Source: Ignavibacteriales bacterium
Lineage (GTDB): Bacteria; Bacillota_I; Bacilli_A; RF39; UBA660
Assembly: GCA_050259235.1 (NCBI GenBank)
Contig: JBLNAG010000004.1
Coordinates: 8,591-72,590, forward strand
Direction of reading: 5' to 3'
DNA: 64,000 bases
Shown here: in pieces, positions 30,423-40,056 of the stretch
How positions within the stretch are numbered: position 1 is the first letter of the stretch
Layout: every line of letters begins with the position of its first letter
Notes under the pieces: model-generated
What the model was told of the DNA's origin: nothing
Seen by the model: only the letters and a program-made list of their open reading frames with translations
Database searches by the model: none
Position numbers and translations under genes: made by a program

Positions 30423-31670
30423 CTATTTTTTATCTATAAAGTATGCATAATATTCTTCGTATGTAATATCCAATTCATATATCTTTGTAGCCACTTCAAC
30501 ACCAACATAACGATAGTGCCAAGGTTCATAATTATATCCCGTTAAATATTCTTTTCCTTCAGGATATCTTAGAATAAAACCATATTTATGAGCATTATCT
30601 TTCATCCAAGTAAATTCATCAGTATACTCAAAGGCTCCTAAATCGTTTTCACCACTAGCACCAACATCTAATGATAAACCAGTTTGATGTTCTGAATATC
30701 CAGGTCTTGCTGAATAACTATCTGCCCAAGCTAATCCATTAGTACTTTTATAATTAGTATAAATAGAATTTTGGGTATCAAAGCTACGATATGCTGATTT
30801 ATTTTTTACTATTAAACCTTCTTTTGCAGCATCATTAGCTAATTTAACAAAGGCATCATAGGCTGTTTTATCTAACTCAGCAGAAGAGAAGGTGTATTTA
30901 GAATCCATTGGAACTAAATTACTACTTTTATAAGTGCTAGTTAATTTATTAAATTTATTTACTAATAGTAAATTACCTTTACTAAGATCTACATCTTTAA
31001 CATTAGTATAAAAATCATAATCTAAATTACTATTAACGTTAGCAACTATATCTTTACCACTTTTAGTTGTATATTTATCACTATAATTTAAATAACGATC
31101 TAAACGATTAATTAAGAAATATTTATCTTTAATAATATTTACTAATGAATTACTATATGGTTCATCTATATTGTTGTTTACGATTAAGATAATACTTTCA
31201 GCATCAGCCTTTTTATTATCTTCAGAATATTTAACATAATCATTTATTTTTTCTACTTTGAATTGATCATTATTTATAAGTTCACTTAATGTCTTATTAT
31301 ATGGTAAATCAATATTGTTATTCATTAAGTATATAACATCATTAGTAGTAGCGTCTTTATATTCATTATAGTAGAATACATATTCATCCATATTATCTCT
31401 AGTATAATTAGAATTATTAATTAATTCTATATAATATTTATCATAATTTTCCTTAGTTAATACTTTTATATCACTCTTAGATGTCTTATTAAATATAAGG
31501 CTTATATCAGCTTCATTATAACCAAGTTTTTTTAACTTACTTCTATTATTATTAATAAAACTAAATGTGAAATAACCAATTAATATTAATAGTACTATAA
31601 ATAAAAATAATACAAATTTTCTTTTAAGTCTTTTTTTTCTTTTAGTTGCCATAAACATCACCAAACCCAT
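30423..31670 (-). CDS. VanY/M15B family carboxypeptidase with extended repeat-containing N-terminal region (paralog 2)
   Basis: SAYRSFDTQ, PGYSEHQTGLSLDV and EPWHYRYVG. The start may be the internal ATG (MATKRKK). Confidence 0.85.
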   Translation of the reverse strand: MGLVMFMATKRKKRLKRKFVLFLFIVLLILIGYFTFSFINNNRSKLKKLGYNEADISLIFNKTSKSDIKVLTKENYDKYYIELINNSNYTRDNMDEYVFYYNEYKDATTNDVIYLMNNNIDLPYNKTLSELINNDQFKVEKINDYVKYSEDNKKADAESIILIVNNNIDEPYSNSLVNIIKDKYFLINRLDRYLNYSDKYTTKSGKDIVANVNSNLDYDFYTNVKDVDLSKGNLLLVNKFNKLTSTYKSSNLVPMDSKYTFSSAELDKTAYDAFVKLANDAAKEGLIVKNKSAYRSFDTQNSIYTNYKSTNGLAWADSYSARPGYSEHQTGLSLDVGASGENDLGAFEYTDEFTWMKDNAHKYGFILRYPEGKEYLTGYNYEPWHYRYVGVEVATKIYELDITYEEYYAYFIDKK

Positions 31671-31697
31671 TATACTATAAAAAAAATAGAATTTCTT

Positions 31698-32624
31698 CTA
31701 TTTTAAATAAAATGCATAATATTCGTCAAACGTAATGTCAAGTTCATTTATCTTTTCTGCGACTTCAGTACCAACATAACGATAATGCCAAGGTTCATAT
31801 GCATATCCTGTTAGATATTCTTTTCCTTCAGGGTATCTTAAGATAAAACCAAATTTATAAGCATTATCTTTCATCCATTTAAATTCATCAGTTGTTTCAA
31901 AACCTTCTAAACCGCCTTTTAAAGTACTTACATCAAGAGCTAAACCAGTTTCATGTTCTGAATGACCTGGACGCGCAGCTAAACTATCAGCTTTTTCTTT
32001 TCCTTGTCTATTTTTAATACTATCATATACACTTGTTTGATATGCATTATCACGATAAGCAGAATTGGCAACAATAGTTAAACCTTCTTGTTTAGCAACA
32101 TTAACCATTTCTTTAAAACTATCATATACTTCTTGTCTAATACTCTTATCATTAAAAGCATATTGTAGATTCATTTTTACTAGATCTTTAATTTCATAGT
32201 CAGCAGGTAAAAAATTAAATTTATTAACTAATATTAATGTATCTTTAGATAAATTTGTTTGAATAGGGTCAGTATAAAATTCTTCATCAGCTCTAACATT
32301 AATAAGCGCAACTATATCACTATAATCTTTATCTTTATTTACTTCTTTATAATTTAAATATTTTTTTAGATTATCCATCATAAAATATTTTTCTTTATAG
32401 AACTTTAAAATTTCAGGATTATAATTGTTATTAAAGATATAGTTTTTATATTCTTGATTTAATTTTAATATTTCCGTTATTTGATCTTGAGTATAACCCT
32501 TTTTATGAAGTTTATATTCTATACTATTAAAGTACTTATAACCTATAAATCCTCCAACACCAACAGCAATAACAACAGTCACAATAGCAATCCATTTAAT
32601 AACATTCTTATTGATATGTTTCAT
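31698..32624 (-). CDS. VanY/M15B family carboxypeptidase (paralog 3)
   Basis: SAYRDNAYQ, PGHSEHETGLALDV and EPWHYRYVG. Confidence 0.85.
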   Translation of the reverse strand: MKHINKNVIKWIAIVTVVIAVGVGGFIGYKYFNSIEYKLHKKGYTQDQITEILKLNQEYKNYIFNNNYNPEILKFYKEKYFMMDNLKKYLNYKEVNKDKDYSDIVALINVRADEEFYTDPIQTNLSKDTLILVNKFNFLPADYEIKDLVKMNLQYAFNDKSIRQEVYDSFKEMVNVAKQEGLTIVANSAYRDNAYQTSVYDSIKNRQGKEKADSLAARPGHSEHETGLALDVSTLKGGLEGFETTDEFKWMKDNAYKFGFILRYPEGKEYLTGYAYEPWHYRYVGTEVAEKINELDITFDEYYAFYLK

Positions 32625-32742
32625 ATTATCACCCTAATTTTATTATACTATAATTATGAGTAAAAGCAATAAAAATGATTAAACAATATAATAAACTTTA
32701 ATAAAATAGTTTTATTTTCATATTTTGTATTAGAGGTGAATT

Positions 32743-33888
32743 ATGAAAAAAATTTTACTGTGTTTATTATTGTTAATAGTGCCACTCACTATTCACGCGG
32801 AAGATTTAACGCTTGCTCCAAATAGTAAAAGTACCATTATGCTTGAAGCTAGTACTGGTGAAATAATATATGAAAAAAATAGTCATGAAAGATTTTCGCC
32901 AGCATCTATGACTAAGATGATGACAATGTTAATTATCATTGAAAATATTGAAAAAGGCGTTATTAAATGGGATGATATAGTCACTATATCAGCTAATGCA
33001 TCAGGAATGGGTGGAAGTCAAATCTTACTTGAAACTAATGAAAAAATGAGTGTCCAAGACTTATTTAAAGGGATTGCTGTAGCGTCTGGAAATGATGCTT
33101 CAGTTGCTATGGCTGAAAAAATCGCAGGTACAGAAGCAAATTTTGTTAGTATGATGAATAATAGGGCAAAGGAGTTAGGATTAAAAGATACTAACTTTAA
33201 AAACTGTCATGGATTAGATGCTGCTAATCATTATTCAAGTGCTTATGATATGTCTATGATTGCTAAAGAATTAGTTAAACATGAAAAGGTATTAGAGTTT
33301 AGTAAGATTTATGATACTTATTTAAGAGAAAATACTGAGAATAAAGTTTGGTTAGTCAATACTAATAAATTAGTACGTTTCTATGATGGCGTTGATGGAT
33401 TAAAGACTGGTTATACTGATGGGGCAGGTTATTGTTTAACAGCAACTGCTAAAAGAGATGGTATGCGTATTATCGCGGTTGTTATGGGAGAACCAGATAG
33501 TGTTACTAGAAATAAAGAAGTAAGTGAAATGTTAGATTATTCATTTGCGCAATATGAAATAGAAACCTTATTATCAACTAAAAGTATTATAGGTAGAAAG
33601 AATGTTGAAAAGGGAATAGAAAAATATGTTGAATTAGTCCCTGTTGAAAATGTTACTGTATTACATAAAAAAATGGATAAGAAAAAGATTGCTACTTATG
33701 AACTTGATTTATATGATTTAAAAGCTCCTTTAAAAAAGGGTGATGTAGTTGGTACATTAACCATCATTGAAGATAGTAAAGAAACTAGAAGTATCAATAT
33801 TACTGTTAATAAAGAAATTAAAAAAGCTAATTTATTTCAATTATATTGGCGATATATAAAAGATATTATTAGTGGTGATATAAAATAA
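32743..33888 (+). CDS. serine-type D-Ala-D-Ala carboxypeptidase (S11, DacA/DacB-like PBP)
   Basis: Signal peptide, SPASMTKMMT (SxxK), VASGNDAS (SxN) and GLKTGYT (KTG). Confidence 0.85.
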   Translation: MKKILLCLLLLIVPLTIHAEDLTLAPNSKSTIMLEASTGEIIYEKNSHERFSPASMTKMMTMLIIIENIEKGVIKWDDIVTISANASGMGGSQILLETNEKMSVQDLFKGIAVASGNDASVAMAEKIAGTEANFVSMMNNRAKELGLKDTNFKNCHGLDAANHYSSAYDMSMIAKELVKHEKVLEFSKIYDTYLRENTENKVWLVNTNKLVRFYDGVDGLKTGYTDGAGYCLTATAKRDGMRIIAVVMGEPDSVTRNKEVSEMLDYSFAQYEIETLLSTKSIIGRKNVEKGIEKYVELVPVENVTVLHKKMDKKKIATYELDLYDLKAPLKKGDVVGTLTIIEDSKETRSINITVNKEIKKANLFQLYWRYIKDIISGDIK

Positions 33889-33911
33889 CAAGTAGAAATA
33901 CTTGTTTTTTT
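33887..33911 (+). terminator. Rho-independent terminator after the dac gene
   Basis: AACAAGTA-GAAA-TACTTGTT followed by a T-run. Confidence 0.65.
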
Positions 33912-33926
33912 GTTAAAATTTTACTA

Positions 33927-33956
33927 TTGACAATATACCCCCCAGAGGTATATTAT
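33927..33956 (+). promoter_or_regulatory. csoR-copA promoter with overlapping CsoR-type operator
   Basis: TTGACA (33927-33932), an 18-nt spacer and TATTAT (33951-33956). The spacer holds the GC-centred pseudo-palindrome ATATACCCCCCAGAGGTATAT (33933-33953). Confidence 0.65.
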
Positions 33957-33973
33957 GTTGTTGAGGTGATATT

Positions 33974-34279
33974 ATGGAACATGTAAATTGTTGTCATGAA
34001 AAAGATAGATTTAAACATAGAACGGAGGAAACTAAAAATAGTTTAACAAAAAGATTAAATATTATAGAGGGACAAGTTAGAGGAATAAAACAAATGATAG
34101 CAGATGATAGATATTGTAGTGATGTTTTAATTCAATTAGCTGCTATTAATAAGTCTATTCAAAGTATTGGAAATAGTATGTTAAAAGATCATATTGAATC
34201 CTGTGTAATTGATGAAATAAAAGCTGGGAATAATAATATTGTGGATGAAGTAATGGATTTGTTTTATCGATTACAATAG
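33974..34279 (+). CDS. csoR: CsoR-family copper-sensing transcriptional repressor
   Basis: The Cys-His-Cys ligand pattern lies in DRYCSDV...DHIESC. 101 aa, directly upstream of copA. Confidence 0.85.
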   Translation: MEHVNCCHEKDRFKHRTEETKNSLTKRLNIIEGQVRGIKQMIADDRYCSDVLIQLAAINKSIQSIGNSMLKDHIESCVIDEIKAGNNNIVDEVMDLFYRLQ

Positions 34280-34287
34280 GAGGATAT

Positions 34288-36513
34288 ATGAAAAAAGAAA
34301 AATTAGATATAATTGGTATGACTTGTGCATCTTGTGCAATGGCAATTGAAAAGTCTGTTTCTAAAGTAGAAGGTGTAGAAGAAGTCAATGTTAATCTAGC
34401 AACAGAAAAGATGTTTGTTAGTTATAATTCTAAAACCGATATTGATAAAATCAAAGAAGCAGTTATTAAAGCTGGATATGAAGCAAAAGATGACATTAAT
34501 ATTGATGAAGATAAAAAAAGAAAAGATTATGAAGAAAAGGTTCTTAAATTAAAAGTTATTATTGGGGCTATTTTTTCAATACCACTTTTTTATATTGCAA
34601 TGGGACCAATGATAGGATTACCTATATTTCAAATAATTAATCCTATGGATTATCCATTGAGATATGCTTTAATTGAACTAATACTTGTTATTCCTGTTAT
34701 TACAGTTGGACATAAATTTTATAGTATTGGTTTTAAAGCATTATTTAATCGAAGCCCTAATATGGATTCATTAATTGCTATAGGGACAACTGCTGCTTCT
34801 ATATTTAGTATTTATTCAGTTATTAAAATAATAAATGGTGATATTAGTTCAGTTGAATCTTTATATTTTGAAACTACTGCTGTTATTATAACGTTAGTTT
34901 TATTAGGAAAATATTTAGAGGCTAAGTCTAAAGGTAAAACTAGTGAGGCAATAAAGAAACTTATGGGTTTAGCTCCCAAGACAGCTCTAGTTATACGTGA
35001 TGAAAAAGAAGTAAATATTTCAATTGATGACGTTATAGTAAATGATATAGTTATTGTTAAACCTGGAGAAAAAGTACCAGTTGATGGTGTTATTATTGAA
35101 GGTAATACTTCTATTGATGAATCAGTAATTACTGGTGAAAGTATGCCAATTGAAAAGAATATTGGTGATAAGGTAATTGGTGCTAGTATTAATAAAACAG
35201 GTTATTTTAAATTTAAAGTTACTAATGTTGGTGGATCTACTGTTTTATCACAAATTATAAAATTAGTAGAAGATGCTCAAGGATCAAAAGCACCAATAGC
35301 AAAACTAGCTGATATTGTATCTAGTTATTTTGTACCAATTGTTTTTATAATAGCTTTATTATCATCGTTAATTTGGTTTATTAGTGGACAAAGTTTTGAA
35401 TTTAGTTTAACTATTTTTATATCTGTATTAGTTATTGCTTGTCCATGTGCATTAGGACTTGCTACTCCAACTGCTATTATGGTTGGAACAGGTAAAGGAG
35501 CAGAACATGGAATTTTATTTAAGAATGCTGAAGCTTTAGAGATAACTCATAAGATTAATACAGTTGTTTTTGATAAAACAGGAACTATTACGGAAGGTAA
35601 ACCTGAAGTAACGGATATTATAACTAATAATATAGATGAAAATTATCTTTTACAAGTTGCTGCATCTGCAGAAAAAGGATCTGAACATCCTTTAGGAGAA
35701 GCAATTATAAGAAGATTTGAAGAATTGAAAATAGATTATTTAAAGATTTCTAAATTTAAGGCTTTGCCAGGTTTAGGAATTGAAATTGAATTAGACAATA
35801 AAAAAGTTATTTTAGGTAACCTAAAACTTATGGCAGAAAAAAAAGTACCATTATTAACTTTTAAAGAATATAGTGAAAGATTATCAGAAGAGGGTAAAAC
35901 ACCAATGTATATTGCAATAGATAAAGAACTAGTTGGTATTATTGCGGTAGCAGATGTTATTAAGGAAACAAGTAAAAAGGCTATTAAGGAGCTTAACAAA
36001 TTAGGTATAAATACGATTATGCTAACAGGAGATAATACTAAAACAGCAGAAGCGATTGCTAAAGAAGTTGGTATTAAAGAAGTTATAGCAGAAGTATTAC
36101 CAGAGGATAAAACAAGTGTTATAAGTAAGTTACAAGAAAATGGAAACATTGTTTCAATGGTAGGTGATGGTATCAATGATGCTCCAGCTTTAGCAAAATC
36201 GAATGTAGGAATTGCTATAGGAAATGGAACGGATATTGCTATGGAATCAGCTAGTATTGTTTTGATGCATAATGATTTAACGGGAGTTTCAACTGCTATT
36301 AAATTAAGTAAAGCAACAATTAGAAATGTCAAACAAAATTTATTTTGGGCATTTGCTTATAATAGTTTAGGTATTCCGGTTGCGGCAGGTTTATTATATG
36401 TTTTTAATGGACCATTATTAAATCCTATTTTAGCAGCCCTAGCTATGTCACTTAGTTCAGTTTCGGTAGTTACTAATGCCTTACGCTTAAATCGCTTTAA
36501 GGATAGGGGGTAA
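34288..36513 (+). CDS. copA: copper-translocating P1B-type ATPase
   Basis: GMTCASC HMA domain, CPC in ACPCALGLATP, DKTGTIT and GDGINDAP. Confidence 0.95.
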   Translation: MKKEKLDIIGMTCASCAMAIEKSVSKVEGVEEVNVNLATEKMFVSYNSKTDIDKIKEAVIKAGYEAKDDINIDEDKKRKDYEEKVLKLKVIIGAIFSIPLFYIAMGPMIGLPIFQIINPMDYPLRYALIELILVIPVITVGHKFYSIGFKALFNRSPNMDSLIAIGTTAASIFSIYSVIKIINGDISSVESLYFETTAVIITLVLLGKYLEAKSKGKTSEAIKKLMGLAPKTALVIRDEKEVNISIDDVIVNDIVIVKPGEKVPVDGVIIEGNTSIDESVITGESMPIEKNIGDKVIGASINKTGYFKFKVTNVGGSTVLSQIIKLVEDAQGSKAPIAKLADIVSSYFVPIVFIIALLSSLIWFISGQSFEFSLTIFISVLVIACPCALGLATPTAIMVGTGKGAEHGILFKNAEALEITHKINTVVFDKTGTITEGKPEVTDIITNNIDENYLLQVAASAEKGSEHPLGEAIIRRFEELKIDYLKISKFKALPGLGIEIELDNKKVILGNLKLMAEKKVPLLTFKEYSERLSEEGKTPMYIAIDKELVGIIAVADVIKETSKKAIKELNKLGINTIMLTGDNTKTAEAIAKEVGIKEVIAEVLPEDKTSVISKLQENGNIVSMVGDGINDAPALAKSNVGIAIGNGTDIAMESASIVLMHNDLTGVSTAIKLSKATIRNVKQNLFWAFAYNSLGIPVAAGLLYVFNGPLLNPILAALAMSLSSVSVVTNALRLNRFKDRG

Positions 36514-36515
36514 AT

Positions 36516-37154
36516 ATGAAAAAATATATAATTGTAAGTGTTTTAACTTTATTAATGATAGTAATTTTAGGAATTCTATTTGTAAATAACAGATTTGATA
36601 TTATTAAAGAAGAAGCAATAAAATCATTTGATAAATTGCTAACTAGTAAGAATTTAAATGTTGTAAGGAATAATTCTTCATTGCTTATTAGAATGCCAGA
36701 TAATACTACAAAAGTAATATTTGATACTAATTCTAATACTAATGTATCTATATATTTAGATGCTAAACCATTTTTAGATAATGGATTAGAAATTACTAAG
36801 TTACCATCATATATATTTTATGAACAAGATACTAATGAACTAATTTTATCAGTTAATTATGGTGATCGTACCAATCTATCATTTGAAGATATTATTGAAA
36901 CATATCGTGATAAATTAGATTATCATAATAAGTTAGGACATTTTGGACTAGCTATAAAAGATGGAAATGGTTTTGAATATGCTAAAAATATGGTTACTAA
37001 TGATAAAGATGTTGTAATTGTCTTAAATCCTGAAGTATTTATAAAAGCTGGTGTTGATGTTAATAATTTAGATGATTATAAGTATATTGATGTTGAAATG
37101 GATAATGGTCAAAAGGTAAAAAAACTTGTTAAAGTTTTTGATTTGGAGGAATAA
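36516..37154 (+). CDS. hypothetical membrane-anchored protein in the copper locus
   Basis: Starts 2 nt after the copA stop. One N-terminal TM segment; no motif recognised. Confidence 0.45.
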   Translation: MKKYIIVSVLTLLMIVILGILFVNNRFDIIKEEAIKSFDKLLTSKNLNVVRNNSSLLIRMPDNTTKVIFDTNSNTNVSIYLDAKPFLDNGLEITKLPSYIFYEQDTNELILSVNYGDRTNLSFEDIIETYRDKLDYHNKLGHFGLAIKDGNGFEYAKNMVTNDKDVVIVLNPEVFIKAGVDVNNLDDYKYIDVEMDNGQKVKKLVKVFDLEE

Positions 37155-37157
37155 TTA

Positions 37158-37298
37158 ATGAGTAATAATAAAAAGATATTAATTGGATTAATAGCTGTAA
37201 TTGCTTTAATCTTAATATCTACTTTGGTAAATAATAATCAAGTAAATACGACAAATAGAAATAGTACTACTGCTAGTAGTACACCAAGTTGTCATTAG
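37158..37298 (+). CDS. 46-aa single-pass membrane peptide ending in Cys-His (not in the ORF track)
   Basis: ATG lies 6-7 nt after GGAGGA. Sequence MSNNKKILIGLIAVIALILISTLVNNNQVNTTNRNSTTASSTPSCH. Packed tightly between flanking genes. Confidence 0.4.
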   Translation: MSNNKKILIGLIAVIALILISTLVNNNQVNTTNRNSTTASSTPSCH

Positions 37299-37312
37299 AA
37301 GGAGGAAAAAGT

Positions 37313-37783
37313 ATGTTTAAGAGAAAATGGATAACCTTAATTATAATAGGAATTACTTTCTTTATAACTGGATGTTCCCAAACTGCAAAAGATGATGTAA
37401 TAAAAGAAGCAGTAAGAGAAAAAACAAGTGTTGATCAATTAGTTATTAAGAAAAGTGATATTACAGAAGTAGCAAAATTCTACCCAGTTGAAGTAGATGG
37501 TGTTACCATGGAAGTAATAGCTGTTAAAGCAAGTGATGGAAGTATTAGAACAGCTTTTAATGCTTGTCAAGTATGTGCTGATTCAGGACGTGGATATTAT
37601 ATTCAAGTTGGACGTAAATTTGTCTGCCAAAATTGTGGTAATGAATTTGATGTTGATGAATTAGAACAAGCAAGATATGGATGTAATCCGGCTCCAATAA
37701 CTAAAAGTGATAAAACAGAAGATAGTGAATACATAAATATTCCTAAAGAAACCTTTATTGCAAATAAAAGCTTATATTTATAA
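37313..37783 (+). CDS. Cys-rich lipoprotein, DUF2318-like
   Basis: Lipobox ITGCSQ. FNACQVCADSGRGYYIQVGRKFVCQNCGNEF...YGCNPAPI matches the DUF2318-type CxxC..CxxC..GC.P pattern. RBS GAAGGAGG. Confidence 0.6.
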   Translation: MFKRKWITLIIIGITFFITGCSQTAKDDVIKEAVREKTSVDQLVIKKSDITEVAKFYPVEVDGVTMEVIAVKASDGSIRTAFNACQVCADSGRGYYIQVGRKFVCQNCGNEFDVDELEQARYGCNPAPITKSDKTEDSEYINIPKETFIANKSLYL

Positions 37784-37804
37784 TAATTGAAAGGAGGCAA
37801 TAAT

Positions 37805-39097
37805 ATGAAAACAGAAATATTTAAAATTGATGGTATGACATGTTCTGCTTGTGAAAAGACAATTGAAAAGTCTGTTACTAAACTTGAAGGTGTATCAAAA
37901 GTAAAAGCAAGTTTAAAAAATAGAAATGTTACTATCAAGTATGATTCTAAGCTAGTAAAGAAAAAAGATATTATAGATAGTATCCAAGCATCTGGATATC
38001 TAGTAGTAACAGAAGCCAACAATAAACCTGTTATTATTGCCTTTATTGTATTGTTTGGCTTATATCTAATTTTTAGAAATACTAATCTATTTAATTTTAT
38101 ACCAGAAGTGAAAGATAATATTGGTTATGGACTATTATTTATAGTTGGTATTCTTACTTCTATTCATTGTGTAGCAATGTGTGGTGGTATTAATATTAGT
38201 GTTAGTATGAATAGCTGTAGTAATAAATATCAACCAGGTTTATTATATAATCTTGGCAGATTAACTTCGTACACTATTATTGGTGGTATTGTTGGGGGAA
38301 TAGGAAGTGTTATTGCTTTTTCTAATACTACAAAAGATTTAATATCTATAGGTGCGGGAATATTTATGATTATTTTAGGTATAAATATGACCGGATTATT
38401 TAAGAATATTAATATCTTGCATATTCATTTACCTAAAAAATTAAATATGTTTATATTTAGACAAAAGAAAAATACTAAATCACCATTTATAATTGGATTA
38501 TTAAATGGATTAATGCCATGTGGACCATTACAAACAATGCAATTATATGCACTTGGTACTGGTTCAATAATCCAAGGATCATTATCAATGTTTTTCTTTG
38601 CTTTAGGAACATTCCCATTAATGTTTGGACTAAGTAGTTTAAGTGGCATTATGTCTAATAAGATGGGTGTACAATTAAAAAAGATAAGTGGGGTATTAGT
38701 AGTATTATTAGGCTTTGTTATGTTTAATAGAGGTTTTGATTATACTATTATAACTAATTTAACTAAGCCATCAATTAATTTAGATAATGTTACAGTTGCA
38801 GTTATGAAAGATGGATATCAAGAAGTAACAACAAGATTTGAAAATGGTCAATATAAAGAAATTGTCGTTCAAAAAGGAGTCCCAGTAAAATGGACAATAA
38901 TTATGGAAAGAGAAGATATAAATGGATGCAATAAGGAAATTCTTTTACCATTTGATGATATTGATAAGAATTTATATTTAGGGGATAATTTAGTAGAATT
39001 TACACCTGAAAAAGTAGGTTCATTTAAATATACTTGTTGGATGAATATGCTATCAAGTTATATACATGTTGTAGAAGATATTACAGATATAAAGTAG
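37805..39097 (+). CDS. HMA domain - DsbD_2/TauE-like membrane domain - cupredoxin-like C-terminal domain fusion
   Basis: GMTCSACE HMA domain; membrane Cys motifs HCVAMCGG and LMPCGPLQ; C-terminal FTPEKVGSFKYTCWMNM. ATG follows AAGGAGG. Confidence 0.65.
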   Translation: MKTEIFKIDGMTCSACEKTIEKSVTKLEGVSKVKASLKNRNVTIKYDSKLVKKKDIIDSIQASGYLVVTEANNKPVIIAFIVLFGLYLIFRNTNLFNFIPEVKDNIGYGLLFIVGILTSIHCVAMCGGINISVSMNSCSNKYQPGLLYNLGRLTSYTIIGGIVGGIGSVIAFSNTTKDLISIGAGIFMIILGINMTGLFKNINILHIHLPKKLNMFIFRQKKNTKSPFIIGLLNGLMPCGPLQTMQLYALGTGSIIQGSLSMFFFALGTFPLMFGLSSLSGIMSNKMGVQLKKISGVLVVLLGFVMFNRGFDYTIITNLTKPSINLDNVTVAVMKDGYQEVTTRFENGQYKEIVVQKGVPVKWTIIMEREDINGCNKEILLPFDDIDKNLYLGDNLVEFTPEKVGSFKYTCWMNMLSSYIHVVEDITDIK

Positions 39098-39104
39098 GTG
39101 AAAT

Positions 39105-39305
39105 ATGAATAAAATAATTAAAGTACAAGGAATGTCATGTGAACATTGTGTCAAAAGAATTACTAATGTCATTAATGAAATAGAAGGAGCTGAATGTATT
39201 AATATTTCTTTAGAAAATGAGACTGTTGAAGTTGAATATTTAAATGAAGAAGTTTTAAAACAAATAGAAGATGCCATCATTGATTTAGGATATGAGATTG
39301 TATAA
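39105..39305 (+). CDS. copZ: copper chaperone CopZ
   Basis: 66 aa; the GMSCEHC HMA motif. Confidence 0.85.
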   Translation: MNKIIKVQGMSCEHCVKRITNVINEIEGAECINISLENETVEVEYLNEEVLKQIEDAIIDLGYEIV

Positions 39306-39372
39306 ATGATGTAAATAATAATATAATTGATTGTAAAACATAGTATTTATTGATATAATTTATTTAATAAAT

Positions 39373-40035
39373 ATGAAAGGAAGTATTATTTTGAAAAAAG
39401 TTTTTGGTTTTATGGTAATTATAACAGGAATTTTACTATTATTTGATAATCTTAATATTGTCTCATTTGATAATTTATTTGGTCTAGTAATTTCAATAGG
39501 AGCTATTATTGTAGGAATAACAGGTTTAATTGAAAAGAAACGTTTTGATTTCATTATGACTATGTTTATTGTTTTTGGAGGTTTATACTTCTTATCTAAT
39601 GTAGGAATATTGGAAGAAGGGGTTGTTGATGATATTTTTTGGCCAATAGTTATTATTGGTATTGGATTATCATTATTATTTAGTGTTACTACAAGAGTTA
39701 GTAATAAATCTATTACTCCTTACTTAGCTATATTTTCAGGAGTAGAAGAAAAGAATGAAAGTACTGAATATATTAGTAGTGATATAACTGCAATCTTTGG
39801 TGGGGCAGAAGTTAACTATCGAAAGATTAAAATCAAAGATAATGTAGGATATATTAATGTTACAGCAATATTCGGTGCAGCTACTATAATGGTACCTGAA
39901 GATGTTAAGATAACAGTTAAAGGTTTACCAATCTTTGGTGGGGCTGAAAATAAAGCAGTTTCATTAGATAAGGCAAGAAAAGAATTAGTTATAAACTATA
40001 CTGCTATTTTTGGTGGAGTAGAAATAAAAAATTAA
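39373..40035 (+). CDS. LiaF-like (DUF2154) membrane protein
   Basis: Four TM segments, then repeated IFGGAEV/IFGAATI/IFGGAEN/IFGGVEI beta-repeat motifs typical of the LiaF C-terminal domain. Confidence 0.6.
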   Translation: MKGSIILKKVFGFMVIITGILLLFDNLNIVSFDNLFGLVISIGAIIVGITGLIEKKRFDFIMTMFIVFGGLYFLSNVGILEEGVVDDIFWPIVIIGIGLSLLFSVTTRVSNKSITPYLAIFSGVEEKNESTEYISSDITAIFGGAEVNYRKIKIKDNVGYINVTAIFGAATIMVPEDVKITVKGLPIFGGAENKAVSLDKARKELVINYTAIFGGVEIKN

Positions 40036-40056
40036 ATATTAAAATAAAAAAAGTTC

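Noticed and set aside
35736-36332. 198-aa minus-strand ORF inside copA. Similar antisense or alternative-frame track ORFs are 762-974, 1411-1644, 3285-3527, 10096-10500, 11874-12119, 20095-20352, 37603-38022, 41160-41474, 45412-45687, 49179-49451 and 59293-59586.
   Set aside because: All lie fully within well-supported genes on the other strand or frame. They have low-complexity Ile/Leu/Ser/Phe-rich composition, as expected from mirrored AT-rich coding sequence, and lack convincing RBSs and motifs.
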